In this document: positions 58,449 through 64,000 of the stretch, piece after piece | Layout: each line of letters starts with the position of its first letter | Numbering within the stretch: the stretch's first letter is position 1 | Assembly: GCA_001643675.2 (NCBI GenBank) | Contig: LSRY02000022.1 | Span: 558,001-622,000, forward strand | DNA: 64,000 nt | DNA from: Monocercomonoides exilis PA203 | Taxonomy: Eukaryota; Protista; Preaxostyla | Direction: 5' to 3' | Translations under genes and position numbers: made by a program | The notes under the pieces: generated by a model | Seen by the model: only the letters and a program-made list of their open reading frames with translations | Databases searched by the model: none | Told to the model about the DNA's origin: nothing

Positions 58449-59955
58449 TGACAAAAAATGAAAAATTAAATGTTTAATTAACGAATGCAAGGAAAAAACC
58501 AGTTAAACCATTTTCAAATCTGTTTGTATATTTTGAAACTCTTTCATTAGTGAATCTTTGTTTAAGATGATGGGTATTTACATGACTTTTTTGACTGAGA
58601 CACAAAAAGATCAACAAGTCACTGACTTGGAAATTCCCTAATTGTTGATCTGGTCATTTCCCATCATTAACAAAACATTCAAATAGATTTTTTTCTTTAA
58701 AGTTATGATTTGGATATTTGAAATTCATTCAAACGATATTAGTGAACAAATTTTCAAAATGAACGAAATATATTCCAAATTAAAAAAATATTGCTTTGAC
58801 TTAAAAAAATGAAAAAGTCAGTCAGAATCGTAATATTTATCATTCAAAGTCAGTAAGTCACAAAGGCTTAGAATCAACTTGTCTAGTGAAGTTGTCATTG
58901 AAAAACAAACATAATGCAAATTCTATTCCATTTTAAATATTTACAAAATGGGACATTATTTATGTTATCATTTTTTTCCAAAAAAATTATTCTGTTGTTG
59001 GAAATCACAAGATTTTTAATTATTTTTCCATCGTGCTCATGAATAAAAAATGAAATAAATTTATATGCGCGAAACACTTTGATTAATATCTTCTTTTTTG
59101 TTACAAAACCACAAAAGATCGAATTATTGTTTTGTATCACCATTTTTATTAAAAAAGGAGATTGAAACAATATTATTTGATTTATTGCTGTTCATTGTTA
59201 AGCTTATCTTAATACAATGATTTTCTAAAGAGAAATTACACATTTGGAACTATGTTTTGTTTTTGTATTCAAGCTAATTGTTGTAAGACAATAATCCAAT
59301 ATTTTTTTTTATTAAATCTCATACTTTGGAGTAATTGTTTTTGTTTAACAATAATCTTTCAAAACCAATGAAAATCTTTTTATATTTAAAAAAAAAGAAA
59401 ATGCAATATGCTTGATTTATTAAATAAGCTTGATTAATTGTTTTTCAAGTCTGTTTTTTGCCTGTCTTGAAATAAACGAGTGCAATTATGCATTCGTTGC
59501 ATGCCTATCGTAAATAACAAGACCAAATTTGTTGAACACCGTTTCACTATCGAAAAAAACACTCAGTAATTTTCAAAGTTAAGAGAAAAGTTTTTAAACA
59601 GATTACAATCAAATAAATTATGCAGTGATAAGTGAGCATGAAAGAAATACGAAGTATTTTCTATGGGATTCGATTGAATAAGATAATTTTATCGCTTTTA
59701 TTCATACGCATATAATTTGTTTTCCAAACGATCTGTTATAAACCATCTTTGTTAGAAATATAAATTCATTGTTGAAATTCACTTCAAATGTTTCATCACC
59801 TTCATTTTCCTGTTCCAAAATGCATTTAATCAAACTTTATTAAATAAGTTATAATATGATTAAGTTTATTTGAAAAAAAAAAAGAAAAATTGAAAGAAAT
59901 AGAGAAGGAGAAGAGGAATACTAAATTTGTCATAATTCGATTATAGTTCATTCAG

Positions 59956-61560
59956 AATGGAGATTTATGAAGCGATCGAGTGGACTAACGAAAAAGCTGA
60001 ACTTAATGAACAATATTATTTAGAAACACGAGAGGAAGATCCCAGAGCTGAGTGAGAAGATCAACGCAGATGCGCAATGACTGAAGAGGTCGCTGATGGA
60101 GATGAAGGAGAAAGCGGAGCTTATTGATGAGTGTATTGAGAATGAGAAGATGCACCGAATTCAGCATTGCACGGCGATCAGCAGAGAAATCGATAGATCC
60201 AAAGCAAAGTCAAAGGTTCTGCTTGCCATGTCTTCTTCACTGGCTTTTACTGAAATTGAAATGGATCCGTCCTTGATTAAGATGATTCCACCTATGGGGT
60301 TGCGTTAAAAGTGCCAGGAGAAGTAAACTGAAATCATCAACAATGAAAGAACTGTGATGCTTGGGCCAGACCTGAATGGGAAGGGGGTTGTTGCAAAAGT
60401 GTGGAGCAGGGTGAGTGTTGCGAGAAAAATAAACAGCTATGGTGGAGGAGGTGGTGGAAGGGCAGATGCAACGGTGCAGCAGAAGATGAACAAGATAGAG
60501 AAGGAAACGAAGAAGCTGATGTCGCAGTTGAAAGTGAAGGAGCAGATGATCTGAGAGCAGAAGGTGCTGTTCAAGGAGGCGATTGAGAATCAGAAGAAGA
60601 GCGATGTTGTCAAGAAGGTGATGATCCACGGTGGAGAAGCTATTCTAGGGAACATTGCAGAGATGTGGCTGTTTGGGGAATTTGGGAGGGAGGAGTTCAA
60701 TGAAGACAAGCTGTCCTTCTTCTTGTTCTCAGACACGGTGCTTGAAAGGGCAGAGGAGAAAAAGATCAAGATGTTTTTTGGTAGAGGTCGAGAAGATACA
60801 GTCAAAGATGGGAGTGGTAGAAGCGTCTGTGTTTCTGGTGTTTTTGAAGAACCGCTTTTTGGCAGAGACAGCGAAGCGTAAAGAAAAGATGATGAAGGTG
60901 CTGTATGATGAGATATGCAGTGGCGATCCATCGACTTCATCGACATCATCATCAACATCATCAACATCGTCATCGCCAGAGGTAGTGCGCAGAGGGATAA
61001 CGTACTCGGAGCTCGAGTCTCATCTGTGTGCATGCTATCCGCAGACGCCGCAGGCGCTGTCGCTGCGGATCTTCCGGGATGCGTACCGGCAGTCAGGCTG
61101 CTGTCTGCCGTCGTTTGCGTCTGTGCTGGAGGCGTGCCAGCGCAACGACTTCTTCACGCTGTGCCTGAGGCTGCCGGATGTGTGCGACACAACAGACCGG
61201 TGGGCTCCTCTGAAAGCGTCTGAGAACAGCGCAGTTGTGAAGACGGTGAGCCAGCACATTGCGCTATTTAAGCCTGAACTGGACGACTGTGTGCGGGTGC
61301 TATTGTGGGGTGTCGGAAGGTGTTTCGGCTGGGCTGAAGTGGAGGGTTGAGGCGGTGCAGCAAGCGGAGGGGAAGAAAGAAGGGCGGTGGGTGCTGTTCC
61401 GGACGGTGAGGCTGCTGGTGGAGCTGGTGGAGCTGCAGCTGTGGATGAATGAGGCGGAATGGGTAATATGAATTCGGCTTCTGCAGAACGACGGGAAGTG
61501 TGTGAAGCTGTTTCTCTTTACAGTCGCTTTACATATAAAAGGTAAATTAGGTGATACATT
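59956..61560 (+). pseudogene. Decayed host-like gene fragment (coiled-coil N-terminal part, unknown family)
   Basis: GC-rich coding-like stretch after a CAG acceptor, broken into ORFs 60096, 60354, 60564 and 60655 by stops and shifts. Confidence 0.6.
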
Positions 61561-62449
61561 TCTTTTATCTTATTCTTCATCTTCGTCTTCCTCTTCTTTA
61601 GCAAAGTTAGAGAAGGTTCCGAGCGAAAAAGAAATGGAGATCAACTATATGCTGTTATAATTTGAGTGTAATTTGGATGTGATTGACTTTTTAAGATTTT
61701 TTTGATGACATTTTCATTGAAGTTTTCATATCCATCTTATTATCTTTTTTTTCACTTATTATTATTTTATCTCCTGTCAAAGTCACATGGATCATCTATT
61801 GAAGAATTTTTGAAAGAAACAAACACATTATTGACATAAAAATTTTTTAAAAAAGGTTATGTATTTTAAAAAGAAATAAATGAAAAGAAGAAATACAGGT
61901 AGAAGAAGGAGGTGGAAAAGGAAAAATAATGATAATTATTATTATTTAAAGAAGCAGAAGAAAATAATGGAGATGAAGAATAACAAGAGGAAGAAGAAGA
62001 AGAAGAAGAAGGGGAAGAAGAATTAGAAGAAAAAATATTAAAGAAATGGAGGAAAATAAGGAGAAAGCCTGCCATTCACTTTGAAAGTGTGTATTTTTGG
62101 AAAGAATGAAAAAAACATAGAAAATCAGCAAGAATAAAAGAATGATGAAAAACAAAGATGTACGCCAAGAAAAATTAGAATTTTATACAGGCAAAAAGAG
62201 ATACATCAAATCTTGTGAGAGAATAGAAATTTAAAGAAAATGAACTTAGACATATTTGAATTCAAATGGCTAACAGCAACTTTAAAAAAAGATTGGACAA
62301 AAGCGCAGCACATTCATCTGCTGACGGAAATGATTTCATTATGGCCATGAAAGGAAAGCAATTACTATGATTGTTGCGATTCGGTTACAAATTTTGACAA
62401 ACTCTTGACACAAAAATCTTTAGCAAGACATTATAAAGATTGAATAATG

Positions 62450-64000
62450 TGCAGAGTGAAATTTGTTAGAAAAGAATGGATACCAAGCACACTGAGACAG
62501 AAAATGAAGAAGAATTTGTTGTTTCAAAATATGTTGTAAATACAACGTTCAAATCATTTTAGCCACCAATTGTGCTTGCATTGACAAGGCCATCGATTGC
62601 TTTTTTTAATCTATTTATCAAAATTCTTTGTAACCTTGAAAAATTTGTGATAAGCTGTTATTTAACAGTTGATTGAATTGTGAGAAAATCTTTTTTTTTC
62701 TGCTTTTCTCTGGGTTCTTCTAAACAAGTTTCTGCGAAGAATACTATCCACTTGAAATCCCTCCTTCAAATGGATTCGCACATAAATAATAGAGGCAATT
62801 TTTCATTGAACTTTAAAAAGATGAATGATTTCCTCGATAATCACTGTTCTCGAATGTTTCACATTTACAGTTTCTGAAGGTGAAGCTTCTAATCTGTTCA
62901 CTTTTGTTTTTTCTAAACAATAGAAAATCGTTTGTTGTTAAAACAGCAAAAACTGCCTTGATAAAATTCCTCAAAATCATACGAATTAAATCATCTGATT
63001 TAAATGAAAGATTATAAGAGGAAACATTGTTTTTGGAAATAAAACTCAAATTCACCATATAGGTTGACTCACCTTGGAAATAAAACGGAATTACAGAATT
63101 AATGTGAGAAATGAAAGAATCCATCTTTAGCGTTGTTGAATATGTTAAAGGCATCAAAGGCGAAGACAAATGTTAAATTGCAACATTTATAAGACCTGCT
63201 AAAGAGTTGAATTTCAAAAATTATGTTTATATTGTTGTTGATGCAATATTTTTGAAATTCTTTGGTTTCGCTAAAAGTATTGTGCATTTCAAAAATTTTG
63301 AAGTTACTCGTTTGCAGAAAATGTGCTTCATTTGAATAGCTCTGACCAGAATAAATACAATTTTTTTATACAAGTGAAAATGAACGAAAATATTTGTTTA
63401 GCAATGTGGCAGTTTCAGGGACATATTGTGCTTCGAGAGTCTTAGCAGTTAAATAAACAGATGAAAAACAAAAAATACAATTTCATCAGAAAAATCATTT
63501 TCAAATAGAAAAAATATCGAATAAAATAAATATGTGGACACCCATTGTTTGCTTCACTTCATTTTCTTACACTTTTCAAGGCAATTGTATCAAAAGACTG
63601 CAAACTTCAGTTTTTGGACCTATCATCATCCAGAAAAAGTTAAAAGTGTAAAGATGTTTGGAATTGCATGGAGAAAAAATCTACAAATGACACTGTGCAA
63701 TCGTTAGAATACATGTTTATGCACATAAACGCTGGCAAAAAGTATTTTTCGAAAATTCAACAAATATTCGAAGGTTTGAATAACAGTAGTTGGTTTTTCT
63801 GTTTTTATATATAAACATGTTTTGAATTTTTAGAAGAAAAAAATAAATACACCGTTATAAAAATGGCAAGTGTTTATAACTATGAAACAAATGTTCGCAG
63901 CAAAGTCGCTTTGTTAAAAGCTGTTTGCCATGAATACAATTTCCGGAAACGAAATGAATTCGGTTTTGATTAAAAAATTGGAAAATACCACCGTGTAAAG
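62450..64000 (-). pseudogene. Possible decayed transposon ORF with a SWIM-like Cys/His motif
   Basis: Minus-strand peptide SGNCIHGKQLLTKRLCCEHLF at about 63865-63950, AT-rich TE-like composition and ORF piece 62813-63169. Runs off the window. Confidence 0.3.

Larger units (their letters stand above)
50865..58870 (-). mobile_element. 8.0-kb hAT transposon containing a transposase plus about 4 kb of cargo gene
   Basis: Perfect 17-bp TIR TAAGCCTTTGTGACTTA (50865-50881 / 58854-58870), perfect 8-bp TSD GAATCAAC (50857-50864, 58871-58878) and AGTCAGTCA subterminal motifs at both ends. Confidence 0.95.

Overview
Eukaryotic, AT-rich, intron-containing DNA with the standard genetic code and poly-Ser/poly-Glu-rich proteins. 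The style resembles an oxymonad protist such as Monocercomonoides (inference only). Three host genes look intact: a proline-rich protein with a CCDC53-like C-terminus (5334-8930), a Pho80/cyclin-Y-like cyclin (25653-26687) and a very large RNI-like LRR/coiled-coil protein (27028-36574). Most of the remainder is a nested landscape of DNA transposons from five superfamilies: pogo, Sola-like, Merlin/IS1595, PIF/Harbinger and hAT, plus MITEs. The main discovery is large cut-and-paste elements that enclose kilobases of host-like gene sequence. Two hAT elements have perfect TIRs and perfect 8-bp TSDs (40061-44342 and 50865-58870; the second also carries its transposase). A probable 14-21 kb Sola2-like element ends at 23951 and encloses a ubiquitin-specific protease pseudogene plus a spliced transposase gene inflated by two 33-bp minisatellites. 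The USP cargo keeps one reading frame for about 6.5 kb despite 11 in-frame stops. Family assignments rest on recognising motifs by eye; no database search was run.
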